Shown here: in pieces, positions 25,836-40,527 of the stretch
How the letters are laid out: every line of letters begins with the position of its first letter
How positions within the stretch are numbered: the stretch's first letter is position 1
Source: Nemertoderma westbladi
Taxonomy: Eukaryota; Animalia; Xenacoelomorpha
DNA: 64,000 bases
Direction of reading: 5' to 3'
Assembly: GCA_032718475.1 (NCBI GenBank)
Contig: JAUCBJ010008748.1
Location: 20,717 to 84,716, forward strand
Program-made: the position numbers and the translations under genes
The notes under the pieces: model-generated
What the model was told of the DNA's origin: nothing
Database searches by the model: none
What the model saw: the letters and a program-made list of their open reading frames with translations, nothing else

Positions 25836-28800
25836 ATGGCTGAAACTTTAGCCAAACTAAAGAGCAAACGCGGTGGTCACCGTGCCATGGTGACTAAGTT
25901 GTGAGATGAGCTATATCCTTTATTGTTTGTTGATGCTGATGCAAAGATAGCTATCGAAAACCCTGATGTAGATCACATTATCGATGTTACTACATCATTG
26001 CGAGACCAACAATCTAAGATTCTAGATTTAAATGAACACATTTTAAGCCTAGTCCCCACTGAGACTGAGGTAGTATCAGAAAAAAAAAAAATTGTCGAGA
26101 TGACCGTCGAATGTCATCAGCACTCCGTATAGTTGATACATTCCTTAATCCAAGTCCTCCCAAATGCGAAGTAGGTAATGACAGATCATCCAATCATGAT
26201 TCATCTATGCTTAATGATAATCAAATTGGTCGAGTTAGACAGCAAAAGCTACCGAGTTTAAAGTTGCCAACATTTTCTGGCAACCCCATAGACTGGCCCA
26301 ATTTTTGGGACAGATTTGTTGATGCTGTAGATAAACACCAAGATATTGCAGGTGCTACAAAATTCACATATCTGGAAGGACAACTAACTGGTGAAGCTGC
26401 GCGCTTAGTTGATAACTTCCAACGCACAAATGAAGACTATAATGAAGCTGTAATGTTGTTAAAGAATACTTATGGTAGAAAGGAAGTTATACTTCGTGCA
26501 CGTTTAAATACAATATTTCACCTGTCATCACCTAAACCTATAGTAGCTGATCTAGCATTATTCCGTGCCACTTATGAAGCACAAGTCCGTGGTATAAAGG
26601 CATTGGGTTATAACATTGATGATGCTGGTTACGTTTATGCAGAACTTATTGTACGCAAACTTCCGGCTAAAATTCGCAGCAACATTAATCGTGCTGCGAA
26701 ATCAACACATTGGTCATTAGACGACTTACGTGTTGCACTTAGGGAGGAGATTGAGCAACTACATGCTGCTGAGTCGTCAGCACCACATACTTATAGTTCA
26801 AATTTACTTGGTCGTTCTAGTGCAGATCACAAATCTCAGGTAAATTCAACTTTTCACCATCCTTCCAGTACTGGGTCAAGTACTGCAGGTTCATTGGTTA
26901 CTGCTGCCAATGATACAGCTCCTTTTAAACAAGGTGGTAGTAATATAGTCCTACCTACCTGTTTCTTATGCAGAAGTTCACATTTTGCAAATAAATGTGA
27001 CCGCTATTCAACAGCTGAGCTGAGACATGCTCGTGCTAAAGAGCTCAATGCTTGTACTAATTGTTTAAAGCCTGGACATACTGCTAGTAGATGTCCAAGT
27101 AAATATAGTTGTAGTATATGTCATAAACGACATCACACAGCACTTCACTTTAAACGTCGTACAACCAATATAAAATCAGGAGAATCTCAGATGACTGCTT
27201 CAACTATAGCATCAGGTGTTTCATCTGCTTTACTTTTCTCGGCTATTGCACCAATCATAGTTGGAACTTCAACAAGAGATGGTCCTCCTGGTACTCATGA
27301 AGTAAGGGCATTACTAGACCCTGGTTCACAATGTTCATTTATATTGCGACGAATAGCAAATGCACTTAATTTATGCACCTCTCGGCGCATTATGATGTCT
27401 ATTGATGGCATAAATGGGCCAGGTACAAAAGTCTACTATGACATTGTACAATTCAGCGTCGCTACATCTGACGGTCCAGTCCTGGTTAATGCACTTGTAG
27501 TGGACACACTTCCACATCGTCTACATACCACTGGTAGGGACGAACTTATTGAAACCCTTAAGCTCCAAGGTTTCTCCTTGGCTGATCCACGAGGAGGAGA
27601 TGATATTCCAGATCTAGGTCTGCTGATTGGTGTAGATCATTTTTTCTCATTTATTTATGCAAAAAAAATATATGATGGTTTATATTGTATACCATCGAAC
27701 TTAGGGGATATTATAGCTGGTTGTCTACCCACCAGTGAATCTATAAAAAGTGCTTCAAGTGCACTATGTAGTTTTACCTCAACTTCAAACATTGGACCTG
27801 AAGAGCATACCAACCCCGAAATGAATGCAGAGATTGCCTTCGATCGAATTTGGAGTCTAGATGCAATTGGCATAAATTATGAAGACCCAGATCTATTGCA
27901 TGAAGCAACTATTCTTAACTTTGAGCAATCTATACGATTCGAAAATGGTCATTATGTAGTAAAGTTCCCATGGCGACCTGATGCCCCAGTTTTGCCTACA
28001 AATATCCAGTTAGCTCGCAAGCGCTTATATGGTACATTGTCCAAACTCAGGAAAACACCTGAACTCCTACGTTGTTATCATAATGTGATTATGAATCAAC
28101 TAGAACGTGGATTTATTGAGAAGGTACCACTAGATTCTATCAATTTATCAAATAATGTTCCTCAAGTACATTACCTTGCTCATCATGGGGTCATGAAGCC
28201 AACATCTTCTACAACCCCATTAAGAGTTGTCTTTGATTGTTCTGCACGCTCAGGACCACATAAACCGAGTCTTAATGACTGCCTATATACTGGTCCATCA
28301 TTGAGTCAAATGCTGGTATCATTATTAATGAAAATTCGCTGTAATAAATGGGCGTCAGTAGCTGATATAGAGAAAGCATTCCTCCAGATTGGAGTTGAAG
28401 AAGTCGATCGTAATGTTACTCGATTCTTTTGGCCCAGTAATCCAGAAGATGAGTCTAGCCCATGGGATGTTTACAGATTCCGTGTCGTGTTGTTTGGGGC
28501 TACATGCTCTCAATTTCTACTCAACGCAACAATACGACACCATGTGAAATCTACTCTAATAAAATCAAATGATGAAATCACTTTAGCCAAACGTATTATT
28601 GACAATATCTATGTAGATAACCTTCAGGCTACTGATGAAAGCGAAGACAGTTTGATATCTTATTATCGCAAATGCTGCGACGTTCTCATTGCTGGTGGAT
28701 TCCCATTAAACTAATCCTCACTAATTCACCTAAATTACAACAAGTTATTGACAAAGATAACAATGGTCCCAAAGTCACAAATACTACTATATCCTTATTT

Positions 28801-29054
28801 GGGTTATTATGGGATACAAATACTGATGTTATTGGATTTCCCACCCTAGACATTGTGTCTCCAGATATTGTTACAAAACATGTTGTTTTGTGCTTGACTT
28901 CTAAGTTATATGATCCTAATGGCTGGTTATTTCCAGTAACCATCCGATCACGTATGTTCCTCCAACAGTTGTGGCAACGTGGGTTGTCATGGAAGGAACC
29001 CATTCCTGATGAATTTATGAAGGAATGGGAATCCATTATTAATGACTTAAATCT
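25836..29054 (+). pseudogene. gag-pol: E2 gag-protease-RT, disrupted
   Basis: ATG at 25836 (MAETLAKLKSKRGGHR), an early TGA, and frameshifts near 26085 and 28700. Motifs LPTFSGNPIDW, three Cys/His knuckles, LLDPGSQ, ADIEKAF, YVDN. Confidence 0.92.
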
Positions 29055-30272
29055 TGTAAAAGCCTTTGCTGAATTGCCCCGTTATTTTTATTATTTTTAC
29101 ATTAAAATACTCTGTAGTTGATTTAATAGGTGTAAGAGACAGTATTATTGCTGTATCGGTGTTTTTTAGAGGATCTAAGAGCTATTTCCTCCGTATGTGT
29201 ACTGTGAAAGGCATAGTTGATGATTCTATGGCAATTCCGTGACGCAAAAGGTGATAGCTACTCTTGAACAGTAGTTACTATGACGACGGTTAACAGCTGA
29301 TATTCATACGTGTTGATTTTCTTTGTTCTACGGCATCTCTCAGTTCAGTCAGCCAATCAGAGCATTTTTATGGCTCTTGTACAGAAAATTCCTAGAAATC
29401 ACTCAATGCATTATAGGCAGTGTTTACATTCAGTCCTGAGCCAGGAGAGAGCGGCTTGGAAATATTTTGTGCTTTTCTGTTTTAGCCTAACACTAGTAGG
29501 CTTAATTATAAGGACATATATCCGTTATCACTGAATCACTGTGCAACAAATCTAAACAAACCAAATCTGCATGTACCACACACTGGTGCATACTTTTATA
29601 TTGTTATACTGCTATTTACTGTCGGTTCTTCATAATATGGTTGATGAATTATTATATTTGGAATAACGATAAATAACCCCGAAACCCCAATATTCTTGAT
29701 ATACCGAAGGTAAGAGAGGAAGGTTACATATAACGATTGTGACTTATGTTAAAGTGGTTTGAAGTGAATCTAATGTTATTTGATAGACCCTACATGAGTC
29801 GGTCCGTGTTCCTTTTATATGTGACTAAAATCAGTGAAGATCGGCAGATTAGTGTGCAGTATTGTGCAGCATTGTGTATGAGTGATACTGATAACGAAGC
29901 ATTTCCTAAAGAATGCGCCATATATGTGAATTATAACTAAGCCATATCGTTGTGAGTAGTTTAAGTCATAACTCTGTTTATATAGATAGAGCGCCACGTC
30001 CTAAAGGAACTGTTAATATTTCCCGAAGGTGAATAATATTGTCAGAGATTATATAATACTGTCAGTCGAATAATACATTAGGCTTACCTAGCAATAAGAT
30101 TAAGCCGTCGAACCCAATCTCCCGGGTATATCCAGCGGGTGAATGATCGCGCACAGATTGGTTTCGACTAGTGTAGTGAATCAAATACTTGTCATAGGCT
30201 AAAGGCGAATTATTATCTAGAAGACATCCTAATTTGGCGGGTTAAACTGCCAAAGGTCTGAAAGCGCGAACA
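29055..30272 (+). repeat. E3 5' LTR (1218 bp)
   Basis: TGTAAAAG...GCGAACA; only two substitutions seen by eye against the 3' LTR (29931, 30190). Confidence 0.98.
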
Positions 30273-30317
30273 ATAACGGATATCGCTTCTTTATTGCAGT
30301 AAGCAATAAAGTTGAAA

Positions 30318-30472
30318 GTACCGGTCAACCGGTAAACCTGAACGGTACATCTGTAGGTCAGTAGGCCCAACTGCCAGAACCGGTACTGCCGTAGGTCCGT
30401 AGGTCCAACTGCCAGAACCGGTACTTCTGTAGGTCCGTAGGCCCAACTGTCCTAACCGGTACTTCCCGTATA
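30318..30472 (+). repeat. ~39-bp degenerate tandem repeat in the E3 leader
   Basis: CCGGTAC..GTAGGTCCGTAGGCCCAACTGCCAGAA, about 3 copies. Confidence 0.8.
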
Positions 30473-30641
30473 AGTACATTAGTATTATTCGATTTGATTG
30501 TTGTATACCGGTAGGCTGTTTAAGAGATTAGGGACTGTACACCCCTTGTTTCTTTTGGAGCTTACTTATTTCTGTCAGTTTTATTTGTTTGTAGGCCAGT
30601 ATTGAACAGAAGGCGTGTAAGCCTGATCAGATTGTACAGAC

Positions 30642-31212
30642 AATTTGTAGGTTGAACTGTTGTCTGATTGCTGTTAAGTCTGAACGGATTGCAGTGTATG
30701 TAGATCACCTGTCCGATAAAGAACGGTTAGGAAGTAGGGGCAGCCAATGCTGTAAGGTAAACCCCCAACTAAAGAATAAGTCGTACTACTGGGTTAGAAC
30801 GCATACTACCTAATCATTTCGGAGTCTGCATGTCCTGTAGTTTATTTAGGCTTGAGAGTAGTCTGCCATCGTTTAGTCTGTACTTTGTTTGTGTAAGTCT
30901 GTACGGGTAGCGTATAATATTTATTTAGATAATTTGTAGGCTGGATAGTTGTCTGGCTGTTATTAGGTCTGAACGGATTGCAGTGTATGTAGATCACCTG
31001 TCCGATAAAGAACGGTTAGGAAGTAGGGGCAGCCAATGCTGTAAGGTAAACCCCCAACTAAAGAATAAGTCGTACTACTGGGTTAGAACGCATACTACCT
31101 AATCATTTCGGAGTCTGCATGTCCTGTAGTTTATTTAGGCTTGATAGTAGTCTGTCAGTGTTTGGTCTGCATTTTGTTTGAGTGGTTTGTACGCGTAGCG
31201 TAATATTTATTA
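30642..31212 (+). repeat. 289-bp tandem duplication in the E3 leader
   Basis: TGAACGGATTGCAGTG at 30681 and 30970, with a long identical core. Confidence 0.92.
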
Positions 31213-32532
31213 TTCAGAGTTTATGCGATTATTCGCAACATTCATTCCCCAAGTTTGTTCCTACAATAATTGTGTTTGTTATACATACCGCTATAGTTAA
31301 ATTAACCCCGGTACTACATGGGCTGCTTGGCGTAGGTAAAGACTGGTGATTTTGTGCACCGGTCACTCCAGCGGATGCCGTGGTTCTTTTAGCTGTTCAA
31401 GTATATTTAACTACTGATTATATGTTGTACAAGTACTCATACCTAATTTAGGGTTTAGTGTACAGTGCTTTCCGAAAGTAATTAGTGTAGACATTATATT
31501 TGTGTTGTAAAGTGGTTGATAGGCACGTTCGATTAGCTCTATTAACTTCTAGGTAGGAACACTCCGTGATACATAACGTAGTACCTATAGCGATACGGCT
31601 ATAGGTCGTCAGGCGGTGGTATTTTCCTATCTGGACAAAGCAGTGTATTTACTACTACGTATTATTTTCAAATACCGCAGTACCCTGTCCGTTGTAATAA
31701 CCAGATTCTAACCCTTTGTTAGACTGGTTTGTAGACTTCTTGTAAAATTACCCTGAAAATTCGTATTTTGTGTTTTTTGTAAATTTTTGTGTTTATTTAG
31801 AGATTGTAATCTCACCCGAATTGTACGTAATTTGTAGTATTAAGTAACTTAGGTAAATTAGCATTATTTGTTTTAGTGTCCTATAAGTAACACTTCACTG
31901 AAAGCGCACCGCTTTGTGTAGTGATTACTCCCCAGAAATAATAACATTTATTTCAAACATTGACAAAACCCATTAAAACGGGTATATATATATTATAAAT
32001 CAAATCTAACGATTTATAAATAGTAGGCCTACCATCCAACCATTAGGTCTCAATATCAGTTGGACTACTGCTCAAATAACGGTAATAAAGTAAATAAAGT
32101 AACCAAGTAACCCTAAAATTCAGAAATTCAATTATTTAAAATAATTGATATACCGGTATTTACGATAGGCCTATTATCTTTATTTCTATAAATTTAGGCT
32201 GAAATTATACCGGTACTTGTAATTAATTCTAGTCCAGAATTATATATACTACAAACTGTAAGCTGTATACCGGTATTCCCGATAGGCCTATTATATATTT
32301 ATATATATTTGTGCTAAAATTATACCGGTATTCTGTGATAAACCTAGTCTGTAATAATACTTATATAGTTATATATACTATAAAAGCATACCGGTATTCT
32401 AATAGATTATATATATCACGCTACATTGAGTAGTAGTATCGGTAATTAATTACTAGGCTAGCAGTTAATACTGAATTACTAGACTTGCTTAGACTGTAAT
32501 ATAGCAGTAGGCATTCAACTGTACACATAAAC

Positions 32533-35500
32533 ATGTCTGATACTAAGCAGAACCTGTCAGACAGTTTATTAGATGTAACTATCTGTGACTCAGATAGAGG
32601 TGTAGAACTGTCTAGATCTAAGTTCAGTTCACCTCCCACTGTGAGGAAGGTCATCCCTCCTGTAGTAATAAAAGAACCTAGGCTGGTCCAACATCGTAGG
32701 TCTATCATAGGCACTCGAGCTCAGGTCAAGCGGGACCAAGAAGCTGCGGAACAGCAACAACCCGTGAGCCAAGAAATTATTTCTCAGCGGCCCGACAGCT
32801 CCAGTAGTGAAGATACTGTAGAACTGACACCCGAGCGCGGAGCAAAGATGACGGATGCGATTTATTCGGATCCCCTTCTCATCCTTCCTGCAGCCGTACT
32901 CACTAGGTTATTGATTGCGGTGGAAGAACACCAGATCGATTGGGCGAGAAGTCAGCGATCAACTAAAGATAGTTATGCGGGATACACGAGGGAAGAACTG
33001 AAGTCTATTGTCGAGTCGCAATGGAACTTCCCCGGACCCGGACTCCCGTTTGATTTATCAGAAGCTGCCTGGGAAGACATACACCGGATGGGAGTAGCCA
33101 AGGAAACCATCGATCCAGCTGTGTGGAAGAGGTCCGCAGCCGGATACGCACAGGGATTCTTCAGCTCTATGGAGCGAGTAAAAGGACAACTGTTTCAACA
33201 ACCACAAGGACCTCAAGAGCAGGGACAACTGCTTTATCAAGTTAGAGAAAGAATTCTGCGAATCAGGCTAATCTTATCAGCCTTTGAGGAGGCTTCTAAA
33301 CGAAGACAAGACACGTCGTTGCAAGTTGCCGTAAAGACTTGGTTTCAACGGGTGAGTCTCCAGGTTCAAGGAACAGCTCAGTGGAAAGCTCAGCTGGAGG
33401 AGCGATCAACCCATGGAGAATCAACAGACGCTACTTTTTCCCAAGTGGAAAGTGAAGCGACGGCAGAGAAACCGCATAAGAGGGATGCCATTGACATCTA
33501 TCTGTCAGACTATCAACGTTTTTTAGGTGATGACGAGTTGAGGAGAAGGTTAGAGGGACTTAGCCCTAATAGTGAAGGAACCAAGCTTGTGTTGGATGCC
33601 ATCGATGTGGAAATGAGGGCTGCGAATCAGGCTAAATTTGATGAACAACTCCGCATCACACGAGTCCAAGAAGAACAAGTAAAGAAAAAACGTATATCAG
33701 ACAGAAAGAAAGCAGCAGTGGTAGCTGCAGAAGCAGAAAGAAAAGCGGCAGCGGCCGAGGCAAAAGCGGCAGCGACAGAGGCAGCGGCAGAGGCAAAAGT
33801 GGCAGAAGCAGAACGGAAAGCGGCTGAAGAAACCACCCAATTAGAATTGGAAAACATTCAGGAGAATCAAGACTGCATAAATAAACAGTTAACAGCTAGT
33901 AATATGCAGATGATGAATCGATCTACTCCCAAAAGGCAGGGATATACATCATCTGAGGAAGGCGATACCACCGATACTGAAGGCAAAGGAAATAGATCTC
34001 GTCTAAGCAGATGTAAAAGAACGTTCCACCGTCAGAAATTGCCTGATTTGCCTCCAGCTGTTAGAAGGCAACTAAATAACACCAACTTAGGTAGTACAGA
34101 GCCCACAGACCAAATAATTAAAATAGAAAGACTCCCTACTATAATAGATGAGCCTGAAATAATTAGGCCTGTTCTTGAAATCACCCCTTCGGTGATAGAC
34201 ACACCTGTGCTCCCTGAAACTACCTCTAAATTCCCTCTGCATAGCACTAAGCTACCTGTGCCCAGTAGAACTGCCCAGGAGACAGTTCAGGTCCTGGACC
34301 CCGAGCGAAATATTCATGATTTGTCGCCCGTTGTCCCTCGTCCGCCCGCTACAACGTTGGCGACTCCCGCTTCGGCGGTCGAATGGGTGGACGAGAGACG
34401 ACGGGGGATGGATCTCCTGCTCGGACAGATGCAGGAGACTGTTCAACAATTCAAAGGCACAGTAAGGGAAAGTAGGCTAGAGTTGCAAGAAGTGCAGCAA
34501 AGTATCGCGCTAGAACGCGATAAATTAGTAAATGCACAAAAGGGTATACCACCACCCTCTGTAACAATGTGTCAACCTGTTAGGTCTTAAGTATCGCATG
34601 CGCAAGGTGTGGAGCCTACACGCATCTATACTGCTAGCGAAGTAGAAACTCCTATAGTGAACCCTATTAAGGGTAATTATAGACCTGTTGATAATGATAT
34701 TCCATATAGAACGGATCATAATCCGAGAAATTTATATACCGATAACTCGATATTAAATAACACGATGGCCCAAGAAAGTTTTACGCGTCAAATGGCTAGA
34801 ACCGAAGCCCGGCAAGCTGTAAAGGTGGGAGAGATCGTCAAGTTCAATGGAGATGAGATGAAATGGTTACCTTTTAATGAATATTACAAAGATAACATAC
34901 AGAACTCTGTGCTATCTAATGGAGAGAAACTAAGATTCCTCATCGAATGCTTGGAAGGATCTCCCAAGTTAATGGCGTTAAAGTTTATTGGACATCCAGA
35001 CGGATTAAGACAAGTTTGGGATACACTTAACATCAGGTATGGTAATAGGAATAACATAGCTGGGTATTTGTATGCAAAGTTGGTAGCGCCCCGAAAGTTT
35101 ATTAGCAGCGGAATTATAGAGTTTTCTGATGAGATTCAGGAGATCTGCAGACAATTAGATTGGCTAGGTAAGTCTCATGAGTATCAGAACACTATGGTTA
35201 TTAGAGCAGTAGCTTCTACTTTACCGAAGGGTGGAGTAGGCACACACTGGGATAAGAAAGTGTTATATATGATGGAACAACAACGAAGAGACCCTACCAT
35301 GGCTGATCTCATGTCATTCCTAGATGGAGAAGTGAAATTACAGCTCCTGAAACTGTCCAGAGAGAAGACACCGGAAAACAAGGTAAGTGAAAAACCCGTC
35401 GCTAGGAGAAAGGTAACACCAGTGTGTTATACAGATGATGGCGAAAGCCAGACTTCTCAAGGAGAAGATAGCGGGAAAGACACTGACCGCGCTTATTACG

Positions 35501-38500
35501 TAAATAAAATGCCTAGAGATCAGGTAAGTAAATTTAAGTCTCGATCCAATGACAAGAGAGAACAGGTAAGAAAAACTCCTCCTACGTCTCCCAAGCGAAT
35601 TCAGGTGAGAAAGCCCGAAGAAAGAATGAGAGTGCACACTGTCACCCAAAATAAGTTAAGTAACATCAAACCGAAATGTGCGCTGTGTGACGGGACCCAC
35701 CGTTTGAATATGTGTGATGAATTCCTGAAGAAGTCATTAACGGAGAGACGCGAAGTCATGTGGGATAAGCGGTTATGTTATAATTGCCTCAGACAAGGAC
35801 ACCAACGGCGAACCTGTTACTCTGACATAAGGTGTGCAAAGTGTGGTGCGAAACATCATATCTTGTTGCACGCTGAATTCGATCGAAATAGTCCTAATCA
35901 GGTAAGTGATTCCGAACTACATGTCCAATTCAGTGATGTGAACGACACTGATCAATCTGAGATGGAAGGATTCTATACGGACGAGTTCTCCGACGAAAAC
36001 GAATCTTGTTACATGATAAATACCGCAGTGTATCGAGCACTCACATATGAAAAAGATACAGACAGCGACCTCACTCTAACTACTTCTGAGCGACAACCAT
36101 CTTGGAAAGAGCCATCTTCCAATGTAGGGATCCGAGAGTTTCCTGTGGTGCAGGTAAGGGTTCACGGACCTAAACGGAGTTATGTAGTGAACGCCCTCCT
36201 GGACTCCGGCAGCACAGGAACATTCATTGATAAAGAACTAGCCGAAGACATATTCGATGGACAACCCAAGTTCCGAACTAAGCTCAACATGTCAGGAATT
36301 ATGCAAGTTTGGAAATCTACAATAACAGCGGATTATTATGTAGGAGCGTTGTCCACCCCCCAGGACGAACTAGGAGAACATAGCATAAGGTCAGTGAAAA
36401 TGGTGGCTATAAAGAACTTCGCTACTACTCAAGCAGACCTTTATAATTGGGACGAGGATGAGAGCATCCAACATCTTAAGATACCTCGATTCCAGACTGA
36501 TTATCCTGGAGTGCAAATACTCATCGGCCAAAATGCGCATGAGGCGCTCGAGACATTGGAGAAACGGCCTGCTCAACCGCAGCCACTACAGACCTATGCG
36601 GTAAGAACTAGAGTAGGTTGGTACTTTACTGGCCCTTCCCGTAGAACACTCAGAGAAAGATTACCGCAAGAGCTCGTCTGCCAAGTGAGTGAATGGGAAG
36701 ATGATACTAGTGAGGGAGACGATTTAACTGAGGGAACTCCATACTCCTCAGATAACGACGACGTTCACCAGCTTTTTGATGAGGAGAATACCATCGATCT
36801 CCTTAAGGAAAACGAGGCTTGGCAAAACCAACTGAACTTATGTCAACTTCTCTATCCATCTGAACGAGAAGCTTATAACGACGAGTTAAATGACGTCATT
36901 GAGCGTTGCAATGCCAAGACTCGAGATGAACATGCCGTACGATTCTTTACGCAAGAGGCGGTAGAGCCCAATTCCTACGATAAAGCCTTGTCGGTGGAAG
37001 AGGAAAAGGCCAAGCAGATCCAAGAGACAACTACACGTTTCCTCAAAGATCAAGGTAGGTATGAAGTCGGTCTACCTTTCCGCAAGAGAGAACCGAAGTT
37101 CATCAATAACAGACCCTTGGCGGAAAAAAGAATCGCGCAACTCCATCGACGCCTTACGGCTAATTCTTCAGCTAAAGAAATGTATCAAACACAGCTGGAG
37201 AAATTTATTAGTAAGGGATACGCGGAGAGAGTACCGGAAGAAACACCTGTGACTGAAAGAACGTATTACTTAACTCACCATTACGTTCCTAAACCCGGTA
37301 AACCACATGAAGTGAGAGTAGTGTTTGATGGCTCCGCTCTTTACATGGGTCAATCCCTTAACTCTGAATTGTTACCAGGACCCAACTTACTTCAATCTTT
37401 GTTGGGAATTCTTTTAAGATTGAGACAATATTCGATTGCTTTTGCCTCCGATATAGAAGGCATGTTCTTGCAAGTCAAAGTGTTGGATAGGGATCGAGAT
37501 AGCCTACGATTTCTATGGTGGCCCGAAGGAGACCTCAACCAGAAACCGGTGGAGTATTGGATGACCATCCAGGCCTTTGGGATAATCTCAAGCCCTTCCA
37601 ACGCCTGTTCGGTAGTGCGTACCACTGCAGAGGACAACCGAGAGGCCTTCTCTAAGGAAGTGATCGACAACATCAAGAGGGACATATACATGGACGACAA
37701 TCTGAAGTCCCTTCCATCAGTTGAGGAAGCCATTGAGGTCGCTAAAGGAACGGTAGAGTGCTTAAAAAGAGGTGGGTTTCGATTAACGAAATTCACCAGC
37801 AACTCCCGTGAGTTTCTGGAGTCGATCCCTGCGGAAGATCGAGGGGCGAAAGATCTAGATTTGATCAAAGATGATCTGCCAGAAACCAAGACACTCGGCT
37901 TGAAATGGGACACAGAGCGAGATATCCTGTTTTTCCAGCTAAAACAGCGAGATAATCCAGTTCGAACCAAACGGATTTGCTTAAGTATACTGAGCACTTA
38001 TTTCGATCCATTGGGATTTATTAGCCCAGTTATATTGATTGCTCGTAGTTTGGTACAACAAATGTGGCTTGAAAACCACTCATGGGACGATCCACTTAAG
38101 GGAGAATTATTGAAGAAGTGGATGAAATGGGAAGATTCTCTGCCGGCTATCGAGGATTTTATAATTTCCCGTTCATATTTTGGTCATGTTCTCCCTACGT
38201 ATTCCTATCAACTCCATGTGTTTGGAGACGCCAGCGATATGGGAATAGGTATAGTAGCCTATCTAAGAGTGGAAACTCCGGATGGAATCAAAGTCGCCTT
38301 GGTTACTTCTAAGGCATTAATCAACAACAAGTTGAAAGTTCCTCGAGCGGAGTTAAAAGCGGCTCTATACGCTACAGCCATCGGCCGGAATGTAACAGAA
38401 CAGATTGACTATCCATTAGAGAAAACTGTCTATTGGACCGACGCTTTACTCGTGTTAGAGTATATCACCAATGAAGTCTGTCAGTTCAGCGTCTTCGTTA

Positions 38501-40527
38501 CCAACAGAGTAGCCATCATACTTAGTCGCACGACGATGGACCAATGGAGACATTGCCCCGGAACGATTAATCCAGCAGACATCGCTTCCCGAGGAGCGAC
38601 TCCAAAGGAATTGGTAAATACTCCCGAATGGTTAGGTGGACCCGACTTTCTCTACAGAGAAGAAGAAGAATGGCCTCCACATCTCACAACAGCAGAGATC
38701 AGACAGGCCAAGGGAGCGGAGAAAGTTAAACCCAAAACTCGAGCGAGTAAATCGAAGTTGTTTAAACCTGCGGTTGATCTATCTGTATTATTTACTTCCG
38801 GAGAGGATGCTTTGGATCAGAAACCCGCAGCCACGGATAAAGAAGTCTTAGAAATCCGTGACAAGGATTGGAAATCTGGAATACCAGATATTTCGCAAGG
38901 ACTCTCACCTCTCCTGCAGAGAGTGATACGTCATTACAGTTCCTGGAATCGGCTCTGTAAAGCCGTCACCTATTTAAAACGATGTTTTCATCATCGTTAC
39001 TCCGGGACAAAGACCAATAGTGATGATGCTCCATCAACATCTGCAAGAGTCCATGTTGTTAAAGATCTTCCTAAATATAAGATATCCGACAGGTTTCTAA
39101 AGGAGAAGATCAATTACCAGGAGCATGATGAAACCAACAAACAGATGCTGAGACTCCTACAATGCTATGAGGATCCCGATAAGTATTTCCTGTTGTTAAG
39201 AAATCCGCAGATGCGCTTAAGGGATCGCTTCTCTAGTACCATGATAGATGGGTTAATACGTGTTGGAGGCAGGCTCACCAACGCCCCCTTATCCTTTGAC
39301 ACTAAGTTTCCCATACTCATTAGAAATCTTGACATACAAATCAAGATGATTGTAGATGTTCATAGCAAACTGTATCAAGCTGGAAGAGAACGAGTTCTGA
39401 GCGAAATTCGAACTCGCTTCTATTTTTATAAACCCCGTAGGGCTCTGAACCAAGTCCTTAGGAACTGCATACCCTGTAGGAAAGCATTCAGTAGGCCTTT
39501 GACACAGCGAGAGGCAGAATTACCTAGGGAAAGAGTAAGCTTCTATGAACCACCCTTTACTAATACCGGTGTGGATTTATTTGGCCCTATTGAAGTATGT
39601 ATGACTTGTAGAGCTATCCATCTCGATATGGTAAACGATCTATCCACCAACAGCTTCGTGTTGAGTTTACGACGACAGATCGCTCGCTTCGGAACCAGTA
39701 ACACGATGAGATCGGATAAGGGAACGAACTTCATTGGCGCCAACAACGAAATTCAAGCTTACGTAAAGGACTGGAACAAAAGACAGGTGGACGATCAGCT
39801 AAAGATAACAGCGTCTAGCTGGAACTTCAACGCCGCCGACGCCCCTTGGTGGGGAGGAAGTTGGGAGAGATTGATTAGGAGCGTGAAGACTGCGTTCCAC
39901 TTTATTGTACCTTGTCGCGCTTATCTCACCGACGAACTATTGCGGACGTTAATGGAGGAAATCGCCGCCTACCTCAACGAAAGACCGCTTATGCCAGTCT
40001 CTTCAAGTCCTGATTCCCTGGAAGCGCTAACACCCGCGCACTTTCTACTGTAGAAACCCGTAGCCATGCTCCCACGATCGGAGATCACAGACGGAGACGA
40101 GTACTGCCGTCGAACCTGGCAACTTATGCAGTTGCTATCCCGTCGTTTCACTGACCATTTAGAGAAACATTACCTGCCCACTCTACAACTTCGAACTAAG
40201 TGGTTTGCGCAGCAAGAAAACGTCAGCGCTGAAGACATGGTGCTTATTGTGGACCCCGATCTCCCACGTAAGCGATGGCAAACAGGACGTATCATCGAGA
40301 CTCATATCTCGAGTGATGGTTTGGTGCGAACAGTAGAGCTCGTCGTCATGCGGCGTAACTTTAAGAAACCAGGGATAGTCTTTGAGACTCAACAGCTTAA
40401 TCGCCCAGTGGGTCGTTTATGTTTACTGGAAAGAGACAGAGAGCTCTCCGGAAACTATGGAAGGCAAGAAACTCTTCCCACGACCACTTCCCTAATCCAA
40501 CCGACATCTAGGGACTCCCCAACTTAA
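32533..40527 (+). pseudogene. gag-pol: E3 gag-pol: one reading frame with two in-frame stops (TAA 34588-34590, TAG 40051-40053)
   Basis: ORFs 32533, 34609 and 40066 share a frame. Motifs KFNGD, three knuckles, LLDSGS, SDIEGMF, YMDD, HVFGDAS, TGVDLFGP, SDKGTNF, GSWERL. Confidence 0.93.

Noticed and set aside
29310-29997. Short ORFs repeated at 45510-46197
   Set aside because: They lie inside the E3 LTRs, so the repetition only reflects LTR identity.
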